From Deltaproteobacteria bacterium (GTDB lineage Bacteria > Desulfobacterota > GWC2-55-46): a stretch of 64,000 bases of DNA. Location of the stretch: contig JACRCJ010000286.1 in the NCBI GenBank assembly GCA_016219075.1, positions 27,528-91,527 of the forward strand, read 5' to 3'. Position 1 is the first letter of the stretch; every line of letters starts with the position of its first letter. A model generated the notes under the pieces. It saw only the letters and a list, made by a program, of their open reading frames with translations. It ran no database searches and was not told the DNA's origin. Below, piece after piece: positions 9,012 through 18,573 of this stretch. The translations under genes were made by a program, and so were the position numbers.

Positions 9012-10506
9012 CATAAAAAAGGACTCGAAGCTCAAATCCGGGATGAACCTGATGATAGTGCAGTTCGCGCTGTACTTCATCCCTCTCATCACAATACCGT
9101 ATGTCGTAAAGACCGTCGGGATAGAGAACTACGGCAAGTACGTTTTCTTCCAGGCCGTGATGGGCCTTCTCGGCGTGATAATAAACTGGGGCTTCATACA
9201 GACCGGCGTGAGGGACATCTCGGTATGCAAGACCCTCGATGAGATTAACCGGGAATATTCGCACATACTCTACTCCAAGCTCCTGGCGCTTTTTATCGCG
9301 TGCGCCATCGGGTCCGCGCTTTTCCTCTTCGGGATGTTTAGGGCGGAGTGGGAGCTCTATTCGCTCTCGTTCCTGGCCCTTCCGGTCATCTTCCTCGATA
9401 CGGCATTCCTTTATCAGGGGATCGAGAAACTGAAGGACTTCGTCAATATCAGCCTCGCCGGAAACCTTTGCGTGCTCGCGCTCCTTTTCCTTACGGTCAG
9501 GGAAGAAGGCGACTACAGGCTCCTCCCGATGGTCTTCTCCGCGCCGAGGATACTGGCGTACCTGTTCTCAATCTACTTCCTCCACTACAGGTTCAGGATA
9601 GTACCGAATGCCTTCAGCTTGAGCGGCGTTTACGAGAAGCTCCGGAGCAACTTCAGCATCTTCGCCACGAACATCTCCGCGATACTTTATACAAGGGCGA
9701 CGCAGGTGATACTCGGCGTTGCCGCCGGCACGGAGTTCGTAGGCTACTACGCCGTGGCCGACCAGCTCGTATTCGCCTACTCAAACATACAGGGGAAGAT
9801 CTCCACCGTCTATCAGCCGCAGATAGCGCAGGCCTTCAAGGACGACTTCAACGAGGCCGTGGTAAAGGCCAGGGAGAACACCTGCATGATCTTTCTGGCC
9901 GCCATGGCCGGGTTCCTCTTCACCCAGTTCTTCGCCCCGGAGATTTTATATTTTCTCTTCAAGGACCGCGCCGCGGGCTCTGTCCATGTATTGAGGATAC
10001 TTTCCGTAAACTTCGTCACCATGCATCTGAGCTACATTATGGCCATGCAGATACTCCTTTCGCTCCACAGGGAATGGGAGATACTCAAGCCCTCGATATA
10101 CGCGGCTATTCTGAACCTTACGCTCGGGAGCGCCCTTATATACTTTTTCAGGCACACCGGCGCGGCCCTGTCGGTGGCGTTGATAGAGGTCATAATATGC
10201 GTTTACTTCTATCTGAAGGTAAAAGGCTACGGCATAGACGTGCTCGACAGAAAAATGTTGATGACGCTGCTTAACTTCGTTGTTTCACTTCTGTTCATAT
10301 TGTCGGGCCTGAAGTTCCTCTACGTAATTACGGACGTAAGCGTCTACGTCAAGTTCCCTCTCGTAACGGTGTTTTACGCGCTCTCGATACTCTTGGCGCT
10401 CAAGGCGCTGAATATCATCGACTTTAAAAAAAGGAAGCTGCTAATCGGACAGGTCGCTATCAATGATCAGGTCGAAAGTGAAGATACTCGTGCTGAACGT
10501 CCATAA
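8998..10506 (+). CDS. Wzx-type oligosaccharide flippase (MOP/polysaccharide biosynthesis protein family)
   Basis: 502 aa with ~12-14 predicted TM helices. N-terminal LMIVQFALYFIPLITIPYVVKTVGIENYGKY is characteristic of Wzx/RfbX flippases. Confidence 0.7.
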   Translation: MTPLDIKKDSKLKSGMNLMIVQFALYFIPLITIPYVVKTVGIENYGKYVFFQAVMGLLGVIINWGFIQTGVRDISVCKTLDEINREYSHILYSKLLALFIACAIGSALFLFGMFRAEWELYSLSFLALPVIFLDTAFLYQGIEKLKDFVNISLAGNLCVLALLFLTVREEGDYRLLPMVFSAPRILAYLFSIYFLHYRFRIVPNAFSLSGVYEKLRSNFSIFATNISAILYTRATQVILGVAAGTEFVGYYAVADQLVFAYSNIQGKISTVYQPQIAQAFKDDFNEAVVKARENTCMIFLAAMAGFLFTQFFAPEILYFLFKDRAAGSVHVLRILSVNFVTMHLSYIMAMQILLSLHREWEILKPSIYAAILNLTLGSALIYFFRHTGAALSVALIEVIICVYFYLKVKGYGIDVLDRKMLMTLLNFVVSLLFILSGLKFLYVITDVSVYVKFPLVTVFYALSILLALKALNIIDFKKRKLLIGQVAINDQVESEDTRAERP

Positions 10507-11716
10507 AAAGGACGGCCGCTCCATGAACGACTTCGCGGACTTCAACGCGATGCGGCTCATGGAGAGCTTCGGAGGGGGGCGCGTATTCTATTTCTCGGAC
10601 TCGGTGAACAACATCGGCATCAGGAGGACCGAGGAGGAGATAAGGAGGATAATAGCCGAAGAGGGCGTGTCCATCGTATTCTTCGCGCCTAACGGGGACA
10701 GCTACGAGCTCTCAATAGAGTTCTTTAAAGGATTGAAAAAAGACCTCGGCGTCAAGTGTGTCCTCTGGGTCCTCGATGACGAGATGATATTCGACGTGAT
10801 GAGCAAGTATTACTCACAGGCGTTCGACGCGGCGGTTACGACTGACTACTACGCTACATTCGCCTACCGTAAGCTCGGTCTCCCCGCGCTCTATTACTTC
10901 TCAAGCTACCTGAAGGCGGACCTCCACCCCGTCGATGTCGAAAGAGACATCCCGGTAAGTTTCATCGGGGACTGCGCGAAGGCCGACAGGATGGAGTACA
11001 TAAATTACCTCCGGGAGAATGGTGTAGACGCAAGGTCCTTCGGCGACGGTTCCGAGAAAGGGTTTCTGAGCAAGGCCGAGGTCCCTGCCATATATTCGAG
11101 GTCGAAGATAAACCTCAACTTCACAAAGGTCGACCATGCGGGCCCGGGCTCGTGGTTCCTCGCTGACAACGCCCTTACGAACATCATAAGGCAGAACAAG
11201 GGCCGGCCGATGGAGATAGCGCTTACACGGTCATTTTGCCTGAGCGAAACATCGCCTTCCATAGGTGTTGTCTTCGAGCAAGGCAAGGAGATAGATACTT
11301 TCCGGTGCAAAGAGGAGCTGCTCGCCAAAGTAAATCAGTACCTCAAGAACGACGGAGTCCGCGAGCGGATAGCGGAGGGCGCTTACAGGAAGGCCGTGAG
11401 CGAGTATGAGGCCGGGGTCTTTTTCCCCGCGCTTGCGGACAGGCTCTGCGCCGTCCTTGATGAAGGCAGGTATCTGCCGGAGTGTGAATGCATCCATAAA
11501 GACCCGGTCTTCAAAAAAAACCAGATGATAAGGCTTTCGATAGTAATGCTCTACCAGATGAGCAGGCTTAAGGCGCTCCCGGCCGCCGAAACTTTCAAGG
11601 AGCTTTTCCGGTACGGGATAATCGTGTTTTTATCCTCCTTCATCAGGGCGATTAAAATTTCTTTCCTTAAGCTCGTCCATAAAAAAAGGTCAAGGCGGCA
11701 TGGACTTCAGAAATAA
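10463..11716 (+). CDS. CgeB-like glycosyltransferase paralog B
   Basis: Shares SFIGDCAKADRMEYINYLRENGVD..FG.G and SKINLNFTKV blocks with 7800-9011. An alternative start at the ATG at 10523 would remove the overlap with wzx. Confidence 0.55.
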   Translation: MIRSKVKILVLNVHKKDGRSMNDFADFNAMRLMESFGGGRVFYFSDSVNNIGIRRTEEEIRRIIAEEGVSIVFFAPNGDSYELSIEFFKGLKKDLGVKCVLWVLDDEMIFDVMSKYYSQAFDAAVTTDYYATFAYRKLGLPALYYFSSYLKADLHPVDVERDIPVSFIGDCAKADRMEYINYLRENGVDARSFGDGSEKGFLSKAEVPAIYSRSKINLNFTKVDHAGPGSWFLADNALTNIIRQNKGRPMEIALTRSFCLSETSPSIGVVFEQGKEIDTFRCKEELLAKVNQYLKNDGVRERIAEGAYRKAVSEYEAGVFFPALADRLCAVLDEGRYLPECECIHKDPVFKKNQMIRLSIVMLYQMSRLKALPAAETFKELFRYGIIVFLSSFIRAIKISFLKLVHKKRSRRHGLQK

Positions 11717-12794
11717 AGAACTGAAGAAGATAAATATCCTTTTCATAGTGTCGATCCTCCCGCCCTATCCGGGCGGTGCGGCTGTCGACTACCGGAGCTT
11801 CCTCAAAGGCCTATCCGGGAGGGAAGACCTCTGCAATGTGAGCGTGCTTACCGAGAAGGGCTGCTCGAAGGATGTGGATAACGTCGCGTTCAGGGACACG
11901 CTCTTCAATTACGATTCGGCTGGCGCGGGGGCGAAGAGCCGCTTAAGGCAGGCCGCGAATTACCTTTTGATACTGTGGCGCATAATCTCGGCGAAAGAGG
12001 ACATAATCCATATCCACGCGAGGTACGTCTACGCAAAGTACGCCGGCAGGGTCATATGGCTGGCCTTATGGTTATCGCGGGCAAAAGCTGTGGTCGATAT
12101 AAGGGACAGGTTCTACGATAACTTCGGGTTCGGCCACCACTTCATCGTATGCTCGGAAGAGCTGCTCAAATATTATTCGTGGGTAAGGAACGCGTCCTGT
12201 CTGCCTGTGCCGGTCGAGGTCAGGGCCTCGGGGCGCAAGGCCCCTGGCAGGCATATCGCCTACTTCGGGTCCGTAGCGCGGAACAAAGGTATCCTTGAGC
12301 TTGTGGACGGGTTCAAGGAATACGTCAAAGCCAGCAAAGACCCGCTTGAGCTGCACATCTACGGCCACGATATGATCGGCGAGCAGTTCCTGAAAAACAT
12401 CGAAGGCGTGGACAGGATAAGGTTTTTCGGCCCCATACCGAATGAAGAGGTGGCGGAGAGGATATCGGAGTGCAGGGGCGTGGTCCTTCCGTCAAAGTCA
12501 GAGGGCATGCCGAGGGTCTGCCTCGAGACGATGATGCTGGGGCGGGTCCTCGCCTGCCACAGGAACGTCCGTTCGATATTCCCGTGCATACCCGGTGAGT
12601 TCGTGCTCGAAGACCTGACGCCTTCGGAGTTCAATAGGGTCTTGACGAACATAGAGGCCTCCGGCGGGCGCGCCTCGTATGATTACGACTTCTCTGTCCA
12701 TGCGCCGGAGAATGTCACGGAGAGGTTATTGGAGCTTTACAGTAATGTCCTGGGCTATACATATACAAGGGAGGGAGCATGCTTGTCTCAATAG
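11700..12794 (+). CDS. GT4/GT1-family glycosyltransferase
   Basis: C-terminal E-x7-E-like donor-binding block (LPSKSEGMPRVCLETMMLGRVL). Rossmann GT-B layout. Confidence 0.65.
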   Translation: MDFRNKELKKINILFIVSILPPYPGGAAVDYRSFLKGLSGREDLCNVSVLTEKGCSKDVDNVAFRDTLFNYDSAGAGAKSRLRQAANYLLILWRIISAKEDIIHIHARYVYAKYAGRVIWLALWLSRAKAVVDIRDRFYDNFGFGHHFIVCSEELLKYYSWVRNASCLPVPVEVRASGRKAPGRHIAYFGSVARNKGILELVDGFKEYVKASKDPLELHIYGHDMIGEQFLKNIEGVDRIRFFGPIPNEEVAERISECRGVVLPSKSEGMPRVCLETMMLGRVLACHRNVRSIFPCIPGEFVLEDLTPSEFNRVLTNIEASGGRASYDYDFSVHAPENVTERLLELYSNVLGYTYTREGACLSQ

Positions 12795-13792
12795 TATTAT
12801 CTTTCCGCAATGAGGAGGACAACATCCCCGAGCTCGTACGGAGGCTCCATTGCTCGCTCGGTTCTCTCAAACCGCTTGGGATCGAATACGAGCTCATATT
12901 CGTAAACGACGCCTCGACCGACGGGTCCCTCGAACTCCTGAATGCCCTTAAGGCCGGCGACAGCACGATAAAGATAATAAACATGTCGAGGCGCTTCGGC
13001 TCGACGCCCTGCGTGATCGCCGGCATGGAGCGATCTTCGGGGGACGCGGTCGTGTACATGGACACCGACCTCCAGGACCCGCCGGAGCTGATACCTGAGC
13101 TTGTAAAGAGGTGGCTCGAAGGCGCTGACGTCGTCTATACCACGAGGTTGACAAGGGACGGGGAGAGCCGCTTTAAGATGTGGCTGACCCGGAGGGCTTA
13201 CAGGACAATAAAATTCTTTTCCGACGTAGACATCCCGGTAGACTCCGGGGACTTCAAGCTCCTCGACAGAAGGGTGGTAAAAGAGCTGCTGAGGCTCAAG
13301 GAGAAGGACCCTTATATGAGGGGGCTCATAAGCTGGGTCGGGTTCAGGCACGCGCAGGTATTCTACGACAGGGAAAAGAGGTTCGCGGGGAGGACTCACT
13401 ACCCGCTCTTCGGTCTCGGGCCTTTGAGGGCATTTGTCTCCGGGCTCGCGTCGTTCTCGACAGCCCCACTGAGCCTCGCGCTCGTGATAGGCTTCCTCGT
13501 TTCAATCGGCGCTTTCTTCTTCCTCATAGACATCGTGATAGAGAAGTTCATGGGGAGGAACCTGCCGGGGTGGTCGGCGATAATGGCCACGATGCTCTTC
13601 CTCGGCGGCACCGAGCTTTTTACCATCGGGATACTCGGGATATATGTCGGCAGGATTTATAACGAGAACAAAAGGAGGCCTAATTACATAATCGAGAGCA
13701 CGTCCGGATTTGAGGAGGCGCGCCCCGCCGGGAAACGCTACAGGGTCTATGGACAGGCAGGGAAGGGGACGGTCAAGGACCTGAATGGCTGA
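12779..13792 (+). CDS. GT2 polyprenyl-phosphate glycosyltransferase (ArnC/GtrB/DPM1-like) with C-terminal TM helices
   Basis: VSIVLSFRNEEDNI...FVNDASTDGS...YMDTDLQDPPE (DxD) plus two C-terminal TM helices is the GtrB/ArnC architecture. Confidence 0.75.
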   Translation: MLVSIVLSFRNEEDNIPELVRRLHCSLGSLKPLGIEYELIFVNDASTDGSLELLNALKAGDSTIKIINMSRRFGSTPCVIAGMERSSGDAVVYMDTDLQDPPELIPELVKRWLEGADVVYTTRLTRDGESRFKMWLTRRAYRTIKFFSDVDIPVDSGDFKLLDRRVVKELLRLKEKDPYMRGLISWVGFRHAQVFYDREKRFAGRTHYPLFGLGPLRAFVSGLASFSTAPLSLALVIGFLVSIGAFFFLIDIVIEKFMGRNLPGWSAIMATMLFLGGTELFTIGILGIYVGRIYNENKRRPNYIIESTSGFEEARPAGKRYRVYGQAGKGTVKDLNG

Positions 13793-15392
13793 TAGACACT
13801 ACATATCGAGGCTGGCAAAAACGGCCGCACCTTACGCCGCGTACATCGCGCTCGCCTGTTTCTTTATCAAACAACCCCCGATGCACGAAGAGGTGATGCA
13901 CCTGAGGGACACTGGCAGCTGGGCCTCCGCGCTCTCGTACTCGTGCCACCCTCCGCTCTATGTGATGCTCGGGCGCATCGCGAGGATCATATTCGGCGAA
14001 GGCTACAGGGCGCTTTATATCCTCGGGATTTTTGCGGGGCTTATAAACCTGTACCTCATAGGCAGGATCATCAACGCCGTCCTTGAAGACCTGGGGGACA
14101 AAAAAGAGGCGTTCTCTCTCGCCGGAGTCTGGATAGCCGTGCTGATGCCAGTGTTTGTCCAGGGCTCGCTGCTGCTTGAGATCGAGCCGGCCGTGCTGAC
14201 GCCGCTATCGCTGCTCGCGCTATTGTACTACATCAGGAAAGAGGGGCGGGGCGGGACGGGTTTTTACGCCATGACCGGTGTTTTATTCGCTCTTACGATG
14301 TGGGCCAAATATTTCTTCACGCCTTTCCTGCTGATATTCTCGATATTCATATACGAGGCAACGGGAGGGAAGATGCTCAGGGACGCGCTCAGGTCTTCCG
14401 TGATAATGCTCGGCACGGCGCTCGCCATATTCGTTCCGACGTATCTTTTATATTCGAAGGCGTTCATAACCGGCGCCAACTCCTTTGCCTTCCTCGCCCT
14501 CGATAAGACGAAGGAGGGCGCGCCTTTATTCGCGTCATTAAAGATATTTTTCCCGATGGCCACGAAGCTCATGGCCCTGACGTTCTGGCTGAGCCCGTTT
14601 TTCATCGCGGCAGTCATCTGGCTCATGCGGAGGATCTTTCACGACAGGCAGACATTCAGGAAAGAAAGGCTCTTCGCCATAGCAACGGCGTGCATATTCG
14701 TCTTCTACCTGACCATGCACCCTTACCCGTTCGGTGAGTCCAAATACTTCTATCCGATCTTCCCGCTCCTCGCGGTTTTGGGATCGAGCCTGCTCGCGAG
14801 GTCAGGTTTAAGGCTGCCGCCACTCAGGTACGCGGTATTGATAATCCCGGCCACGGCCGTCATCTTCTTTACCATCGGCGACCCTCTGTACCAGGCTATC
14901 GGCCTTTACCGTAGCCTTTCGATGGGCAGGCTCTATCTATACGTCTTTTTTTACGCCTCGATAAACCTCGCGCTCTTCGGGGCGGCCTACGCAATATTCA
15001 ACGGGCGCGGCTTCAGCGCGTTCGGGTCATCGCTCGTATACCTTTCGATATGCTCGAGCCTGTCGCTCTTCGCCTCCCAGGCGATTGGCCAATACCAGAC
15101 AAGGAGCCAGTACGGGGAGAACGGCGCGCTTGAGACCGTCAGCTTCATAAGGTCCGGGGTCCCGTCGTCCAGCAGGGTCATCATCCCCGGCGATATCCGC
15201 TTTTATACGGAGATGGAGTTCGTAAAGGTGGGGGCGGTCTCAGAGGGCGCGGAGAGCATCGCCGAATGGGACTGGATAGTGGAAAGAAAGGCCAACATAC
15301 TCAGGCTCAAGCCTGAAGCGTCAAGCGCGCTGGTCTCGAACTACAGGCTCTTAAGGCATATAGGCTCATACGAGATTTACAGGCGGAGATAG
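13785..15392 (+). CDS. GT-C fold glycosyltransferase, ArnT/PMT (GT83/GT39)-like integral membrane protein
   Basis: Multi-TM protein with the HPPLYVML hallmark motif of ArnT/PMT-family transferases. Sits directly after the ArnC-like GT2, the canonical pairing. Confidence 0.65.
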   Translation: MADRHYISRLAKTAAPYAAYIALACFFIKQPPMHEEVMHLRDTGSWASALSYSCHPPLYVMLGRIARIIFGEGYRALYILGIFAGLINLYLIGRIINAVLEDLGDKKEAFSLAGVWIAVLMPVFVQGSLLLEIEPAVLTPLSLLALLYYIRKEGRGGTGFYAMTGVLFALTMWAKYFFTPFLLIFSIFIYEATGGKMLRDALRSSVIMLGTALAIFVPTYLLYSKAFITGANSFAFLALDKTKEGAPLFASLKIFFPMATKLMALTFWLSPFFIAAVIWLMRRIFHDRQTFRKERLFAIATACIFVFYLTMHPYPFGESKYFYPIFPLLAVLGSSLLARSGLRLPPLRYAVLIIPATAVIFFTIGDPLYQAIGLYRSLSMGRLYLYVFFYASINLALFGAAYAIFNGRGFSAFGSSLVYLSICSSLSLFASQAIGQYQTRSQYGENGALETVSFIRSGVPSSSRVIIPGDIRFYTEMEFVKVGAVSEGAESIAEWDWIVERKANILRLKPEASSALVSNYRLLRHIGSYEIYRRR

Positions 15393-15394
15393 CT

Positions 15395-16747
15395 ATGGAA
15401 CAGGCTGAGAGGGCGTATACCGGCATGGGGACGCGGGAGAGCACGGCGGGGCTTAATTTTACCGCGGTAGCCGTTTTTACGGTCTCTGTTTTCATACTCT
15501 CGAACGACAACAGCCTGAGGATCGCCTCGGTAAGCGTCTCAACCGCAGTTGCCTTCCTGATGCTCGCGGTCTTTTTGGTCAGCGGTTTGAAGAAAGGCAG
15601 GTTCATCCTCAAGGGACACGATGTGCAGAGGCCGCTGTTCCTCCTTTTCTTCTGGGCCGTTTTCTCTCTCATAATCGCCCGCCTCGACCCGTGGAAGGCG
15701 CTCCCGGAGGCCGCGTATTCCTACACATGGGCCAACGGGATGAACTCGCCGGCGTGGAGGGGGGCGTCTTTCTTACTACGGCTTTTCCTTTCCGTCTTCG
15801 CCATCGAGTTCATCATCTCGAACGTGGATACGAAAGAGAAGGTCTTCAGGGTCGTGAACATCACTTTAGCCGTATATTTCCTCGTATGCCTCTTCGGCCT
15901 CGCGCAGATAATCCTCTATTTTTTCTTCCACATCGAGGCGGGCAGCGTTTTGACCGAGCCGCACTTCCGGGCCGGGGGGTACGTGGGCGAGCCGCAGACC
16001 TACGGGATACTCCTCGTAAGCTCGCTCTTCCTCGTGATAGCCGCGGTCAACAAAAGATGCGAGGGGATTTACTTCTCAAGGCGCTTTCTTAAGATACTCC
16101 TTCTTATGGCTATCATAGACCTCGTCTTTACTTTTTCGGTTTCGATGTTCGTCTCGGTCCTTCTGGCGCTCTTGTTCCACAGCAATGAAATAAGGAAAAG
16201 GGGCCTTATCATCTTTTCGATAGCAGGCGGCGCGGCCGCCTACGCCTTTTACAGCTTCCTTAACTCGGTGCTGATAGCAAAGCTCGTAAGCGAGACCTTC
16301 ACCTACAACAGCAGGACCCTCACCTGGAATATCGGCGCCAAAATGCTCGGCGAGAACCCGATTGCGGGGGTCGGCATAGGGCAGTCGCCTTTGCTATCCG
16401 GGTATTTCTCGGAGCTTATAAACCTGAGCTTCGATTCTCTCAACTTCGACGCCTTCCGCGTCACCCTTCTTAATTCCTACATAGAATGGGGGGCCGAGAC
16501 AGGCATTGTCGGGCTTGCGGTGCTCCTGTACCTGATATACAGGTGCTATATGATTGGCAGGGCGCGCACGCAGAGCAAGGAGTTCAAGTTCGTAAGACTC
16601 GCGTACGGCGGGGCGCTCCTCGCGCTCGCGGTTTCCGCTAACTCGTACGGCGGGGTCTTCTACGTTGGGTGCTTCAACCTGGTCTTCGCCATGTATATAG
16701 CGGGGACGAGGGTCTTCAGCCGGGCGGCGGATGCGGCAGCTCTATAG
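15395..16747 (+). CDS. O-antigen ligase/polymerase family protein (Wzy_C domain)
   Basis: ~12 TM helices. Large loop ending LNSYIEWGAETGIVGLAVLLYLI matches the Wzy_C motif (H/N-N-S-Y-L..L.E.G..G). Confidence 0.6.
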   Translation: MEQAERAYTGMGTRESTAGLNFTAVAVFTVSVFILSNDNSLRIASVSVSTAVAFLMLAVFLVSGLKKGRFILKGHDVQRPLFLLFFWAVFSLIIARLDPWKALPEAAYSYTWANGMNSPAWRGASFLLRLFLSVFAIEFIISNVDTKEKVFRVVNITLAVYFLVCLFGLAQIILYFFFHIEAGSVLTEPHFRAGGYVGEPQTYGILLVSSLFLVIAAVNKRCEGIYFSRRFLKILLLMAIIDLVFTFSVSMFVSVLLALLFHSNEIRKRGLIIFSIAGGAAAYAFYSFLNSVLIAKLVSETFTYNSRTLTWNIGAKMLGENPIAGVGIGQSPLLSGYFSELINLSFDSLNFDAFRVTLLNSYIEWGAETGIVGLAVLLYLIYRCYMIGRARTQSKEFKFVRLAYGGALLALAVSANSYGGVFYVGCFNLVFAMYIAGTRVFSRAADAAAL

Positions 16748-17888
16748 ATATGCGGTATTCTTCTCCAGGACGCTGGCCCTTTCTTCAGGGTCTTTCACGC
16801 AGTCTCTGCTTCACGCGCTGTATGAGAGACATTACCCGGCGAGGAAACGGAAGGCCGGGGGAGAAATCAATATCCTTGTAGTCCAGCTCGGCCAGATAGG
16901 GGACTTTGTCCTCTCCGCCCCGCTCTTCGAGGCGCTTAAATCGACCTACGGCAAAAGGCTAAGGCTGACCGTAATGACCGATTCGATAAATAAGGACCTT
17001 GCCGGCATGGACATGAACATAGACAAGACCGTTTTTTATGACTCGCCGAGGTATTCACGGGTAAAGGGCGGCGGAAGCGTTTTCCCTTACGAGCGCCTTA
17101 AAGAAGGAAGGTTCGACGAGGTTATCTGGCTCAGGGGTGACATGAAGGTATTTATATGGATGGCCTCAAGAAGGGTCCCGATGAAGAGCATAATGAAGTT
17201 CCCGAACCCGCTACGCTCGTCATGGCTCGCGCTCATAACAGGACGGCCTTCCAAAAAAAAGGCGATGCATTACCTTGAGACACTCGACGAGGTGTGTAAA
17301 GACGCCAGCCCAAGCGGGCTATTCAGGGCGAAGGCAAGCAATGCGCCAGCCGCAGGCATGCGGGAAGTCATGATACACATCGGCTCCGGCAACGCCTTGA
17401 GGAGGTGGCCTGAGGAGAGGTTCTCGAAGCTCTGCTCGCTACTCGCCGGGCTTTCGCCTGATATCAGCGTCAGCCTTATCGGCTCAAAAGAGGACAGGCA
17501 GGCCGGCGAGCGCATAGCCACAGGGGCGGCCGCAAATGGCGCTCAAGGGGTCAGCAACCTCTGCGGGGCTTTCATGCTTACGGACCTGTACGAAAGGTTC
17601 AGGGCCGCCAGCCTTTACATCGGGTTCGACAGCGGCCCCATGCACATGGCGGCGAGCGCCGGGGCCCCGCTCATAGCGCTTATGGGCCCGCAGTCCCCGC
17701 AGGTCTTCGGCCCGCGCGGTCAGAACGTAAAAGTGATACACAAGGGGTTTCCCTGCTCACCGTGCTGGCAGTTCGGGTGCGTGCGTAACGATAACGGCGC
17801 GGGCGCGTGCGTGCTCGCGATAACCCCTGAGGAGGTCTTCAGGGAGGCCAGGGCTTTCCTGGAGGGTTCGGCTTCTTATGCGCATTGA
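16731..17888 (+). CDS. GT9 family glycosyltransferase (ADP-heptose:LPS heptosyltransferase-like)
   Basis: ILVVQLGQIGDFVLSAPLFEALK and GFDSGPMHMAASAGAPLIALMGP match the GT9 RfaF/WaaC signature blocks. Confidence 0.7.
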   Translation: MRQLYRYAVFFSRTLALSSGSFTQSLLHALYERHYPARKRKAGGEINILVVQLGQIGDFVLSAPLFEALKSTYGKRLRLTVMTDSINKDLAGMDMNIDKTVFYDSPRYSRVKGGGSVFPYERLKEGRFDEVIWLRGDMKVFIWMASRRVPMKSIMKFPNPLRSSWLALITGRPSKKKAMHYLETLDEVCKDASPSGLFRAKASNAPAAGMREVMIHIGSGNALRRWPEERFSKLCSLLAGLSPDISVSLIGSKEDRQAGERIATGAAANGAQGVSNLCGAFMLTDLYERFRAASLYIGFDSGPMHMAASAGAPLIALMGPQSPQVFGPRGQNVKVIHKGFPCSPCWQFGCVRNDNGAGACVLAITPEEVFREARAFLEGSASYAH

Positions 17889-18504
17889 CCCGAGGCTTTT
17901 ATTCCTCATGAGGAGGGCCTTTGAGGCAAAGGACGAGCGCTTCGGAGGTATCAATGCGCGCTTTCTGGATATCGGATGCGCTGACGGGAGTTTTATAAAT
18001 GCGGTGCTCGCCTCCGGCAAAAGCGGCGTGGAAATAGACGGGGTAGACGTGCCGTCCCGATGGCTCAAGGCCGCCTCAATCGGCGCCGGGTGCAGGCTCT
18101 ACGTACAGGACCTGCAGAAGGGAATAGGGGAGATGGAGCCGGGCAAATACCATATCGCGACGATGTGGGAGGTGGTGGAACATATTGAGAACGTCCATCA
18201 GTTCCTCCGCAACGCCAGCGAGCTCCTTGTCCCCGGGGGCGTTGCGCTTTTATCCACGCCGAACCTCCTGAGCCTGAGCCGCTTCGTAAAGGGGCAAAGG
18301 TGGGTGGGCACTTCAGAGCCTGACCATAAATACCTCTTCGACGCGAAGTCATTAAAGATGGTGCTTTCAAGGACCGGCTTTAGCGAAATAGACGTGAGGG
18401 GTTTTTTCCTGCCGTCGAAAGGCCCGTCTTTCGACCCGTGGAACAGGCTCCTTTCCATGTCGCCCGGAGGCGGGATGCTCTTTGCCAGGGCCTTAAAGGG
18501 GTAG
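17878..18504 (+). CDS. class I SAM-dependent methyltransferase
   Basis: FLDIGCADGSF (motif I, D/E-x-G-x-G-x-G-like). ~200 aa with a Rossmann MTase fold pattern. Confidence 0.6.
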   Translation: MRIDPRLLFLMRRAFEAKDERFGGINARFLDIGCADGSFINAVLASGKSGVEIDGVDVPSRWLKAASIGAGCRLYVQDLQKGIGEMEPGKYHIATMWEVVEHIENVHQFLRNASELLVPGGVALLSTPNLLSLSRFVKGQRWVGTSEPDHKYLFDAKSLKMVLSRTGFSEIDVRGFFLPSKGPSFDPWNRLLSMSPGGGMLFARALKG

Positions 18505-18573
18505 ATAGATAACGGCGCCCGGTCCTTTTGGAAAGACAAGGCGGCCCAAAGATAACCATAAAAGGATAAAACC

